Of a stretch of DNA of 64,000 nucleotides, positions 27,240 to 39,100 are shown in pieces. The position numbers and the translations under genes are program-made. The notes under the pieces are model-generated. The model was given only the letters and a program-made list of their open reading frames with translations. It was not told the origin of the DNA and searched no databases. Position 1 is the stretch's first letter. Every line of letters starts with the position of its first letter. Source of the DNA: Podarcis liolepis. Lineage: Eukaryota. The DNA is taken from the NCBI GenBank assembly GCA_965112155.1, contig OZ218108.1; one strand, given 5' to 3'.

Positions 27240-28089
27240 TGTATTTTGGAGAAGTCCCTGGGGTGACATTTGGAAAAGGGAGAGGCCACTACTGGAAACT
27301 GGATGCTAGGATATATGGAATTAATTGTTCTTCTTTAAAAAAAACACCCTTTTAAGCAGGGATATAAGAAGTACTATTACTATTATTTTACTTACTACCA
27401 TAATGTTTCTTGGAAGCACTGCATGACTGTCATTGTTGGTGAACTTTTATCAGACAGCAATAAATCAGTTCTTGCCATTTGAGTTTTGGTTGTCCTGTAA
27501 CTGAACTGGAAGTTCAGTAAGCATTTTTATATTATTATTCAGGTGGCCTTACCAAGTACTGTTTATCCAAAGCTCTTGTGATGATGCAAGGGGGCAACCC
27601 TTTATTAGAAAGCAAGCTAACCTGCAACTGTATTTTATCACACACTACTACACCAGATCCTGTTTTCAGTAAACAGTTTTTATTATTTAAAGGCTAGATT
27701 TTTAAACTTCAGTGCACACATTTCTCTTCCTTCCCCACAACATAGTTTCATAAGCAATGCAAAGTGATATGGTACTCTGCACAGGCTAGCTCAGTGTTAT
27801 GTTGTCAGGCACATAACATTTCTGCAAATTAGTTCAGGATAACAAAGCATGGTCTATATAGGACACATCTGAGTCCTTTAGCATGCCGCCAACACAATCT
27901 ACCATTCCATCAATTGGAAGTGAATATACAGCCTGCTTCAAATATTGAGTCAACATACTCCCATACTGCAGCAAAATGAGAGTTAATCATCATTGTTAAT
28001 CCTCTGAAATTATATTATTTCATAACTAGAGGTAACTCAAGAGCGTGTTCAGACTTTCCAACTGTATTTCCCAGCTACTCAAAACAATT

Positions 28090-28176
28090 TCAGTAAGTTG
28101 CTTCATCCATGTCATCATCACTGCCTGCTCCAAAGTCATCTCCATCTTCAAAATAGGAAGCAATATAGTCGTTCTC
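28090..28176 (-). CDS. POLR3G: RNA polymerase III subunit G (RPC32/RPC7), last coding exon
   Basis: CTAG|ENDYIASYFEDGDDFGAGSDDDMDEATY*, the characteristic RPC7 acidic C-terminus. Confidence 0.95.
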   Translation of the reverse strand, partial: ENDYIASYFEDGDDFGAGSDDDMDEATY

Positions 28177-28950
28177 CTAGAGGAAATCATATTAGATACT
28201 GTAAATTGCTACGTGCAAGAAGTACAGTCACAGATACTTCCTTGTGTTTATATCAAACCTTATGTAACTGGTGGAAATCAATGTTACACATGCAGCAAAT
28301 AAATATAGATCCCAGTGAAACGTGCTGGTAGTTGAAGGCAAGGTAATTATAAATATAAATGCTTGTGTTAACAACATACCTAATTTAAATGTTTTTCAGT
28401 CACTTTTGACACCCATGCCCTCCATTCCTAAATGAATTTTCCTTGGTAGCCAATTGATTTCAATGTAATGTACTTTCAATTAAGTGTGGTTAAGACTATG
28501 GCCATAAAGCATTTTCAGAAGTGACACAAAAAGCAATCCCCCCCCCAATCCTTCTGTTGACAATACAATATACAGTAGAAAGTGGAAGAAAGCTGCTTTA
28601 TAAAGTAAACAACATACAGATTGATTTGGTTCTTTCATTTGGTTCTGCAATGAAAATACATATTATTGTTAACTGTAACATAAAGTGCGAGGAATGGAAA
28701 CATCTTATGGAAACACCATACTACTTACGATGGGGAATCTGCAGCCCTTCAGATGTTACTGTACTCCAATACCCATCAGCCCCAAGCAGCATGGACAATG
28801 GCCAAGAAATGATGGGAGCTGTGGTTCAGCAGCGTTCAAAGAGCCACAGGTAAACCAAGTTTATTGTACTTGCCCCAATCATGTATGTCAAGAAAATTAT
28901 TGCCACCATCTTGCTCTCTACATAATTTTATTTGTTAAGAAAACCAATAC

Positions 28951-29061
28951 CTCTTCGTGCTCTTCTTCCTCATACTCCTCTGGTTCTCCCTCCTCCTCCT
29001 CTTCCTCTTTATCTTTTTCCTCCTCATCTGACTTTTCTTCGTCTCCTTTCTTTTCTAGCTC
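28951..29061 (-). CDS. POLR3G: POLR3G coding exon 6 (acidic tract)
   Basis: CCCAG|ELEKKGDEEKSDEEEKDKEEEEEEGEPEEYEEEEHEE|GTATTG; 111 nt, phase 0-0. Confidence 0.93.
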
Positions 29062-29818
29062 CTGGGAAAGGTTAGCAAAATGTCTGTGACATCATCTGAA
29101 CTTCCAGCTAATTTTTATTATTATTATTCTTGCTGGTCAAGTAACGAACGGATAGGTGAACTAAGCAAAGAACTCAAGGAGTTCAAAAGGATTTTAGAAA
29201 TAGCATGATTATGACATAATTCTTGGACATAACTGTAATTTAATTTCATCTCATCACATGCTACTTATTTTCCAAATGGGGAGTGAATAATCCTTAACAG
29301 ATTTCTGGTATCCCTTTCCAAAGTCCCTTACTCAAGGATCAGAAAAAAAATATGAATTACGAGGAAGTGGATCCAGTGGAAAATCCAGAAACCTTACAAT
29401 TTAGATAAGAGAAAGTGGCTTAGTCAAACGTAGGGTAGACCCACAGGAATCAATAGTGCTTAAAATACTGTAGCCATGATTTCAATTGGCTGGCTTCAAC
29501 ACAATGGTTTGTGTTCAAATCTTTTAAAAAAATATTTTTAAATATTTGAACATGCCAGTTGGTTGTTGTTTTTTATTTGCCATCCTGACACATAGCATAA
29601 AATTGCTCAAGGCAACCATCAGTTAAGGCAAACAAGAACTCCTTGCAGTTATGTAAAGGTGCCCTAAATTATGCATAAGTTTGTCATTCCCCCCAGCCCA
29701 ATGAGTTTTATAGAGCCTAATCTACTTTTTACATCACTGTTCACAGTGGAGACATACTAGCAATAGTGACTACTGCTGAATAATAAAACCTAAGAAGGTA
29801 AAGCAGAGTAAACTCTAC

Positions 29819-29889
29819 CTCTATCTTTTTCAAAACATCCACATTAGTTTTTGGTGTTGCAGTTTTTGCTTTCTTCGGTTTTCCACCTG
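29819..29889 (-). CDS. POLR3G: POLR3G coding exon 5
   Basis: (A)GGKPKKAKTATPKTNVDVLKKIE|GTAGAG; CAGCAG tandem acceptor (start 29889 or 29886). Confidence 0.9.
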
Positions 29890-30082
29890 CTGAAGAAAAA
29901 TCCTCTTACCTTAATACTCTTCAAACGCAGTTATAACAAACTTTACTCATTATGGAAGTGAAGAAGCTCCCTGTTTGCAAAGAATGAATCAGGAAGAATT
30001 TACTATACCAAGAACCAAGTTCTCCTGTGGAAATCCCAGGAGTAACTTCATTTGTGTTAGAATTGGGAAGGAGGTGTTAATG

Positions 30083-30089
30083 ACACACA

Positions 30090-30130
<41 letters not shown>

Positions 30131-30140
30131 CGCGAGAGAG
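30083..30140. repeat. Compound (AC)n(AG)n microsatellite
   Basis: (AC)12 followed by (AG)~12+. Confidence 0.95.
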
Positions 30141-30436
30141 AAAATAACAGTGTAACTTACCTGGCAGTGGCAACTTTTGTCAAATGCTTGTAAATTTCAG
30201 GATTACCAGATCAATCCTTTGCAAAACCAAATGCCTAAGTTATTTTAAGGTTTCGGTTGTGTGTGTTTTAAAGTATTCTCTTCTCTTTTCTATGATCCAA
30301 CAACCAATCACCCCTTTCTCATTACAATTATAGCACAAAATAAGGCATACTGAACAATATTGTTGGTCAACAGCCCAAGAAAATATTTTTACTCCTAAGA
30401 GGCATGTTACTTAATATTACTTAATATGCATGTTAC

Positions 30437-30487
30437 CTTTTTCAGTCTTCTTCTTTGGTTTCAGCTCTCTTGGGAGTCTTCTCCAGT
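30437..30487 (-). CDS. POLR3G: POLR3G coding exon 4
   Basis: GAAG|(D)WRRLPRELKPKKKTEK|GTAACA; conserved DWRRLPRE motif; 51 nt. Confidence 0.92.
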
Positions 30488-31590
30488 CTTCACAAAAGAT
30501 ACATTCAAGTTTTAGTTATTTTTAATAGTTTATGCTCCTTCACGTTAAAGGTATTTCTATGACCAAAGACATTTTATTCAGAACAGTAGCAAGACTTTCC
30601 CATCCTGGCGCTTGCCAGTGGAGATCATGGGACTGTAGTCCAGCAATTCAGGGGCGTAGCGTGGAGGGAATGGCCCCGGGCACATTTTTCTGGGGACTCC
30701 TGCTCATGCCAGCCCTGTGCCACTTTGCGAGGCTGGGATCTGATTTGAATGATTTGCTGGGTGAATCATTTCAGATCAGATCCCAGCATCGTAAAGCAGT
30801 TCGAGGGTGGCAGGGTGGTGTGAGACAAACATAACAGCCATGCACTCCCAGCCTTGCAAAGTGAGGCCCAAGATGGCCACTGGTGTCCCAGTTCCAGCTA
30901 TCAAGCTTCTGTTTGAATGAGGATAGTATCATTACTTGAGAATTGGCAATGCTGAGAAAAGGGAATGGCAGAAGTTTGATATGTGGGCTATTTACTGAGA
31001 AATATGGCCCTCAGTATTTTGTACACAGCTCAAGATGCACATTTTGACTGAGAAGACCCGAAATGACTCAGGGGAGTCAACATATACTAGACCAGGGAGG
31101 AGGAAACTTGTGCCTCTCTGACTGGTGCTTAACAAAAACTTCCTTTATCCATGACCACTGCTCATGATGATTGAGTCCCACAAGTTCACTAGCCCTGTTC
31201 TAGACAAACTTGGCCTCACCACAATTATAGGCCCTCCATCTTTCAAATAAGTGTGACAAAGGAATGTACTGTACTCCTGAGGGACCACTGGGAAGCAGTC
31301 CTTTCTCTGGAAAGATGTGAAAATATGGGAATGAGTCTATCAGCTCTGAATGAGTGTTTGTGGTTGGTTGAAGTGGAAAAGAATTCTAGGTGTAAATGCA
31401 CTTTTTTTAAAAAATACCACTCAGCTCTGGGTGAGAGGTATTTATTTAGGTTTACTTTTTTTACTAGCTGAGTAGCACAGAGGAACCTAAAACAAACAAT
31501 GAACCAACCATGAAATGAGTTCTACATCTAAATACTGGAAAACAATGGAAAATTCTATGCCAAAATTAACTGGAATTTATGTTTCCTTAC

Positions 31591-31662
31591 CTGGGGTCCA
31601 TTCTAGGTCCTTTTCATTCATCTGCAAGTATTTTTTGCTGTATCTTTCAACAGGTACAAAAC
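31591..31662 (-). CDS. POLR3G: POLR3G coding exon 3
   Basis: TTCAG|(G)FVPVERYSKKYLQMNEKDLEWTP|GTAAGG; 72 nt; ERYS motif. Confidence 0.92.
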
Positions 31663-32071
31663 CTGAAGACAAAAACCTAGAGTTGTGAAATATACATACT
31701 ATAAATTCAGACAAAGCCAATGCAGAACCACAATCTTTATTTAGTTAAAATGCACAAAGGACTATTTTCAGGAAAAAAATTCCTCTTCTGCTTTGCTCAC
31801 GATAACATATTTGTGCATTTATTTTGTAAGAAAAACCTTGGGGGTTTTATGGGGATAACCACCTTCGTTTGAAGGATTTGGATCACATCACAAACAGAAC
31901 TAGAAGATGGGTTAGAACATGTCCAGATTGGAGGCGTACAGATTCAATGGCACCTTAATACTGTTCTTCAAGAAATTACTGATTACACCCTTGGTTACAC
32001 AGGATTAATTCTATTACAGCAAAATTTGCATGTGCAATACTTTCCAGAATAAAACGATATGGCAAACTAAC

Positions 32072-32201
32072 CTTCACTTTCATTCTTTTTGGTCATAAAA
32101 TAAGGTGTCCGTTTCATTGCCCCTCTGAGCTCTTGTTTTAAAGCCAAAAGGTAATCCTCATCCTCTCCCGTTTTCAGTGGTGTTGGTTTGTAATCTGTTG
32201 T
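32072..32201 (-). CDS. POLR3G: POLR3G coding exon 2
   Basis: CACAG|TTDYKPTPLKTGEDEDYLLALKQELRGAMKRTPYFMTKKNESE|GTTAGT; 130 nt. Confidence 0.95.
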
Positions 32202-33041
32202 CTGTGAAAATCACACATATTGGGTTGTATTTAATGGTAGCTTTGTACTAGTGGAAAGCACTTTTGCTTGTGTAAGGTGAGACACACACTTCCTCATCCA
32301 GTCCCTGCTACAGTCTACAGCCATTGCACCACATCCTGTCTTGTTCCAGAGGGGCTCCCAACTGTGAGAAAGCAACTTTTTTGGGGGGAAGGGGAGTGGT
32401 AGGGGGCTGCAATGCATCAGAAAGATTGGCAAGAATCAGTTGCCCCTCCTTGTGCAAGTGTAAGTGCCTTCCAACGTCATTAATCCAATTGCAAAATAGA
32501 GTTTTATACTGTTCTCTCTCTCTCTCTCTCTCAGAAGAACTCACACAACCTTTTTTTATTTCATAGGAATCTTCATAAAATGCTTCTCTAGCAATGACAG
32601 GAGTACTGGAGGGTACAGCACACAAAGTGCTGTGACATCTTTAATTACTGTCAAAGAACAGCAGCTAAAAACCCTGGGCACTTTTTATACCAGTAGCCCA
32701 AGTGCACGCTGGTTTGGTAATCTAAGAGAAATAATTCAGCCAACACACACACACAAATACGCCAGCACCTGGAGAGCCACTACCAGTCAATGTGGACTGA
32801 ACCAGATGGACTAATGGCCTGACTCACTATAAAACAGCTTCCTGTGTTCTTGTCTAGCATCACCTTCACTAAGTTTAAGCCTAAAGGCCTGGCCTATTGT
32901 TTTCCAATATTAGTCTACCAGCAGTAGGATTAACTACGGACTTGGCATTTTCTTGCTCTTTTTATGTGGCATGCAAGTGCAACACTTCACCCCCAACGGC
33001 AACTTGTGGTTTGAAATTCTGGCTGCTTGCTAGATACTTAC

Positions 33042-33161
33042 AGGATATAGCGGAGAAGGCCCAAATACTGCTTCAGGTAGCGCTTCACCTTTAACAAAGC
33101 CAATTGCTGCAATGTCAAAGGTCAAGGCAGCACGCCCTCTTCCTCGGCCTGACCTGGCCAT
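33042..33161 (-). CDS. POLR3G: POLR3G coding exon 1
   Basis: MARSGRGRGRAALTFDIAAIGFVKGEALPEAVFGPSPLYP|GTAAGT; acceptor 9 nt upstream of ATG; the seven exons sum to 642 nt (213 aa + stop). Confidence 0.95.
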
Positions 33162-33441
33162 ATCAAATTCCTGAAAAGAACACCTTGCATTTAATATTTA
33201 TTCTTGTTCTGCAGAGTATACACCGAAAATATGAATTGTCTTTTTAAAAACAAATAGCCACCACAAGAAGTAACTTGAAGAAACACACAATCCACTTTTG
33301 CTACTAATTATCATGCCAGTCGTATTAATAAAAAAGCACAAGCCAAGTGCAGAACCTGCAGTCGGTGGCGTTAATTAGGCCTCGCTGTAGAGCTGGCAGG
33401 GCCATTTGGCAAAGCCACACCCAACTGCCATATGACATCAG

Positions 33442-33747
33442 CAGAGCTGTCTTAAGCATATGCGGTGCCGAGGTGCAAAGATTTGCCAGGCGCCCCCCAG
33501 GTTGCCTAGTCCCAGGTGTGTAGGAAGGCGGAGCCAGCCAGCCACTTCAGCGTCTCACTGGCTCGGTCGGCCCCAAACTCGTGGTGCAGAGCTACCCGCA
33601 GCAATAGAGCCCGCCGCGGCGCTCCAACCAATGGGCGGGCTTTCCCCCAGAGTCCACTCTCAGGCCCTGGACTTTCGGCCTAGCGCCCCTGAAAGCCCGG
33701 CGCCCGGGTGCTCCGCACCCCTAGCGCCTATGGGTAAGACGGCCCTG
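33442..33747. mobile_element. GC-rich hAT MITE in POLR3G intron 1
   Basis: Exact 8-bp TSD GACATCAG; TIRs CAGAGCTGTCTTA / TAAGACGGCCCTG. Confidence 0.85.
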
Positions 33748-34682
33748 GACATCAGGTAAAGGACACGCAACAATGTGGCCCAGCCAAAAGAAGGTTTGCT
33801 GGCACTGCTTATCAGCTAGAACCCTTGGTACCCCAAGGAATCTTGGCAGGAACAGCAGTTTTCTTCCCCCGCCCAGTCACTTTCAGGAATGCAGCCCCTT
33901 CCCCCAGTGAAAGCCAATGCCTCCCATTTCCATTGATGCACATGGAGCAGAAGCATCCAGGAAAATGGCTAATGGGGAAGCACGAAAGCAGGTTTCCTGC
34001 AAATGACCCTCAAGGCAATAGGGTCCTTGCTGGGAAATGGGGCAGAGTTTTACCCCTCACCAGCACTTTTGAGGAGTGCAACTTTTTTCCAGGGTTGTGG
34101 CTGGTCTTCCTGCTGTGTGCAAAAAGACAGATAAAGAGGCAACGATTGGACAGTGTCATGTGCATGCCCAGTAAGAAGCGAGTGAATGAAGCAGGGCTAA
34201 ATGCCTAATGGGGAAGCACTCCATGCCCCATTGAGCCAAATTGATTTTGCTTTAAATAAACATGCATGGAATCAAGGTATCTATACACATGTACTCAGAA
34301 ATAAAAATCCCACTATCCAGCAGGGCTTCATATCTCCAGATGAGGTGTCACAGATAAAAAAGGAGACTCTTGATGCTCCTTTCACCCTCTCCACCTTATA
34401 CACCGATGAAACCTTACCTCTGCCTGTTGTATACTAAACTGATCACAAAGCCATCCTTACGAATGCTTCATCTCACAATGCACCTAGTCATGGAATATCT
34501 GCAATTCAGTACAGCAACATTTGCTGTTGGTGGTGGGGTAGAGAAACCACAGACTGGCTTTACAGGACTAGTCACTGGAGCAGCCTTCCTCAACCATAGG
34601 TTCTCCATAGGTTTCGGACTACAACTCGCCTCAATCCCAGCTAGGGCCAAGATGCAGTTGCCCCTTTCCCTTCCTTCTACAA

Positions 34683-34814
34683 TCATAGAGTTGGAAAGGT
34701 TTCCTCAGAGTCATCTAGTCCAACCCCCAGAAGGCAGGAATCTCTTGCCCAGCAGCTGGAACCCAAGACCCTGAGATTATGAGTCTCACGCTCAACCGAT
34801 TGAGCTACCTCACG
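34683..34814 (-). mobile_element. tRNA-head/CR1-tail SINE
   Basis: Minus strand: TAGCTCAATCGG A box, anticodon-like arm GAGACTCATAATCTC, degraded B box, GGACTAGATGAC...CCAACTCTATGA tail. Confidence 0.75.
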
Positions 34815-34914
34815 AAACATTTTTTTTTTTATCATAAGGGTGTCAGTGCATTAGGAGGAACAGATAAAAGAAAAATTAATAGGGACAGCTGGAGCATATG
34901 GGATTGGGACTCAC

Positions 34915-34990
34915 TTCCCCAGGGTGCGCGCTTGGAACTGCACGAGATAGCCCCAAACGAAGCTGCCGCGAGCAAACGACCCTCCTTCGA
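34915..34990 (-). other. POLR3G: Putative non-coding exon 1 of POLR3G (5' end approximate)
   Basis: Donor GAA|GTGAGT at 34915/34914 at the edge of the CpG island, head-to-head with MBLAC2. Confidence 0.55.
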
Positions 34991-36150
34991 CTCTCACGAA
35001 ATATTTAAAAGGGGGAAGCATCGGGAGAGCCGTGCCTCTTATTCAGCAGCACGTCAAGCACCATCATCGCACTGCATCTTCAAAGCCCAATTGCAGCCGC
35101 CTTCTCGCAGCCTCACGCCTCTCCGCTCCAGCCTCGCCAGGCCGCTCCTCCTGCAGCCTCGCCTCGCCCAGCCCGCCATCCCCGGCCCGCCTGCTCGTGT
35201 GCCCGGCGCCGCGCTACCGCAGTGGGCAGGGACGGGGCGGAGACCTCTCGCTCGCTGGCTCGCTCGCCCGAGCACGTCCCGCTCAGGCGCCTCCGTCCCC
35301 GCCTCCTCCCCGGGCTCCGCCCCAGCTCCGCGATCGGCTCGCCGCGCGAGAGGCGCTGCAGGCGGCCCGGCAGGTCGGGGCTGTGGCGTCGTCGGCTGCG
35401 ATGTCGGCGCTGGAGTGGTTCGCGCACAAGTCCCTGGGCGGAGGCATCTACTGGATCCAGGAGCGCTTCTACGAGTCGGGCAACCGGGCCAACATCTGGC
35501 TGGTGCGCGGCTCGCAGCGGGACGTGGTGATCGACACCGGCCTGGGGCTGCGCAGCCTCCCCGACTACCTGCGCTTGGCCGGGCTGCTGGGCGCCGAGGG
35601 CGACGAGAAGGCGCTGCTCTCTCCCGAGGGCGCCGCCGGGCGGCCCAGGCCGTTGCTGGCCGTGGCCACCCATGTGCACTTCGACCACGCCGGCGGGCTG
35701 CACCAGTTCGACGAGGTGGCCGTGCACAGCGCCGAGGCCCGAGCGCTGCGCCGCGGCGACAACTACGAGACCGTCACTTGGCTCTCGGACAGCGAGGTCG
35801 TGCGCCAGCCCAGCCCGGGCTGGAGCGCCCGCCAGTTCCGCGTGCGGCCCGTGCAGCCTACGCTCGTCTTGCAGGAGGGTGAGTAAAGGAGCACGACGGG
35901 CGGCGATCGGCTGCCCAACGCCCGCCCGGGGCAAAGCCAGGCTCCGGGGCCTCTTTGGAAGGACGGAGCTGGGCCCTACGACGTCGGGGTGGAGAAAGAA
36001 CGAAAAGAAAGAAAGAGCACCTCTGACCATGCACAGAGGGACTTTCTCTCACACCTCCAGGGAACCGTCTGGGACTTGCGGGACTGCAGGCGGGCAGGTT
36101 GGAATTGCAGCAGCCTGACTCGGGCCTCGCTTCGGGTGTGCCAGCAGAAT
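34920..36150. promoter_or_regulatory. CpG island, bidirectional POLR3G/MBLAC2 promoter
   Basis: Very high CpG density; divergent genes start within about 500 bp. Confidence 0.85.
35401..35878 (+). CDS. MBLAC2: Metallo-beta-lactamase domain-containing protein 2, exon 1
   Basis: [38 protein letters not shown]...IDTG...THVHFDH (HxHxDH zinc motif)...LQEG|GTGAGT, phase 1. Confidence 0.96.
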
Positions 36151-39100
36151 GGCACGGATTCCCCTCAACTTAGTTAGAAAGTTTCCCATTATTTGCAACG
36201 AAGGCAGTTGGAGTGGCAAATGTCTATGTGGTATGAATTGCCCCAAGTGCCTCCACCTCTCGTGTATAGTTAGCAAATGTGCTTGTGTATGTCACGAATA
36301 TTAACAGTGTCCGTTGCGTTCTATATGTTGCTCATGTTACTATAGGTGCTTCATAAATACTCAGGGCTGGCGGTGGATGTGTGTTTGGGGTCTGTTGCGG
36401 AAAATGACAGGCGGGGGCGTCGGCTCCAGTATACAAGAGAATGTGTAAAGGGAAGGGGTTTTTTGAATGCCCTGGTCCTATGTATACAGAGAGAGCAGAA
36501 TCAAGGGCTGTTCCTTCTTTGGCTTCACCTCTCGGGATGTGTAAAAGGGCGGTTCTGAGCTTCGAGAACTGAGATTTCTGGGATAAACTAAAGGTAGGCA
36601 AGTGCATAGCTTCTCTTGATGGGCTTTGAGATGCCTTAGGAAAGAAAACGTGTAGCAGGGGTATGGAACTGCTGTTAGGGTGGAGAAAGGAGTTGGAAAG
36701 GGAGTGTTTTTTGTTTTACATGGATTTTGTATCGGTAGACACTTTTTCAAAAGCTTGATAAAATAGAAGCAAAAGCCTGTAGCCTACCCTTTCCCTTTTT
36801 ATAGGGAGGGAAAGAGAGAGAACCAAGGATCCTATAATCCTGCTCTTCATTTTGTGCCCCCCCTCGCTCTGTGTGTGTAATGTGGGGTGTGGTATCTTCT
36901 CCTTTAAGGTTTGAGCATTCATATATGCAGGAGTTGGGGGCATCTGGCAAAATCCACGCATGTTGATATATTTTAAAGGGCACACCAGCATGAATATGCA
37001 CTGTGTCTGTGAATGAGAGAGTATGGGTGGAGACATTTCTAGTAGCTCCTGAAAAATACGTAGGAGGTGAAGTCTTAGGGATTTGTAGATGTTTTTGCTA
37101 TCCATAATCAGTTTTGAAAAAACAAATCCCCAGTAGCAGATGCAAGCTTAGCCAGCAGATATATGTAGCAATAAGAATCTGCACTGGAGGTTATCAATTC
37201 GGGGGTGGGTGGGGTGGAACTAAGCCACAGCCTTAGTTTATTTCATGCTTTCTCTCAGCTGGTATACATCAGTCTATGTACAATTCTATTTTTATATAAA
37301 ATATTACATTATATATACATATTGACCTAAATTAATTAGTAAAGAGAACAGATAAACAGAACTCTACAATTCTATGATTCCTTTTAAGCACTACCCCAAA
37401 GTAACATCCTCTGATAATAATCTAACAGTCCTGTGCATCTTTACTCAGAAGTAAGTCCTACAGTACTTAGTAGGGCTTGTTTACTAATAAGCATGCTGAG
37501 GATTGCAGCCCAAGTCATTGTGATATACAATTTCATATCTTAACTACAGTTCAATTATGTTCTTGTCTCTAGCTGTCCAATTCATTAGGTTGGTTTCCCC
37601 TCTCAAATGTACATGTTATATAACAGGGATGGGAAAGCCTTGTGACACAAGGCAAATCAGATCTCCTTTCCATCTGTGTCTTTTCAGACCCCGCCCCTAT
37701 CGCACCTATTATTTTAGACTGGCTTGGGATAGGAAAATCTCAGGCCCAGCAGCTGAATGTGGCTCTTCAGGACATATCAAATCCTTTGACCTGGCTGGAC
37801 CACATCCCTGAAGTGTCATAATGCTGTTTGCTTGGAGGGATGGAGGATGCAGAGATGTTTGAGGGGGCTGTAGAAAACTCTGCTTTTTGAACAGCTGGAG
37901 TACAGCCTACTGTGCAAAGCTGTCTACGGTTGTAACCATTGTTTTTTCTCAAAATTTATCTTCTGTGCCATGAAAATAAATAAAAACAGGAAAAAATGTC
38001 CCCCCCTGTTGCTCTGTCTCCAGCCCCAACTACCAATGTTGTCCATGGGGGAGTGTGGCGATTGGCTTGAAAAAACGGTTTCCCATCCAGACTCTTTGCT
38101 TGTTTTTAAAGCCAAATCTGAAGCAAAAGGACAGTTTTGGCTTGAGTGCAGACACCAAAACTAAGAGTTGAGGGCCCCTCTGCCCCTCCCCTCCCCTGTT
38201 AAACAAGCATTGGGTGAAGACAGCACAAGAACAAAGAGGGCTTCCAGTCTTCTCACAAATTTTATATAGAAATTTATGAAGCTGCCTTGCTGCAGTTTGG
38301 GCTGTTGAGCCACCTAGCTCAGTATTATCACAGTTGCTGTGTTTGCACATCATACTAAGCCATGGTTTGTTCAGCAAACCACAAGTTGTTTCACAGATAA
38401 GCAAACAAAACCCCCAGTTTCCTCACATACCAAATTATGGTTTGTTTGTTGCCAGAAAACAATGGTTTGTCTGCTGAGTTGGACTTTCAGATAAGCCATA
38501 CTTAGGCTAAATAAACCATAGTAAGGGCAGGGAACTAATGGTCCACAGGCCAAATTTGGCCCACCCTGCCTCCCTATTTGGCCAGTGAGGCTGTTATTGC
38601 CATACCACACCCAACTGCCCCACACCTGACATCATATGTGACATCAGGTGTGGGGCATGTAGAGACATGGCTTGTCTTCCCCATAACTATCATGGTGACT
38701 ACTCCCCCCCCCCCTTGTAGGCCAAGTTTGACAACTAGGCAGGGTGACCCACCTATCAATCAGCTGATATTATGACATCTGATGATTGATAGGTGGGTGA
38801 TACTGACCACCTATCATAATTGGCCCACGGGCTGGAGCGAATATAAAGATCTGAAATCACTGGTTTTAGATGGGTCTTTCCCAGCCCTTCCTGGAGATGC
38901 CAGCAATTGAACATGAGGTCTTTTGCATGCAAAGGATGTGCTGCACTATTGCCCTACAGCCATTTTCCCCAAAGGTGAGGCTGGGATGCCAGGAATAAAT
39001 AAGGTATCTCTGTCTGCCTTAAGTTATATTTAATAGTGCATTTGCAGTGTTCAAATGTACATATTACCGTGTCCATGCTTAGTAAGTTCTCAGTCACAGT

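Noticed and set aside
27072-27355. polyV/polyT/polyQ ORFs
   Set aside because: Translations of the (CAA)n microsatellite
34779-36118. 367-aa (+) and 305-aa (-) ORFs overlapping MBLAC2 exon 1
   Set aside because: Alternative frames of a GC-rich coding exon; low-complexity products
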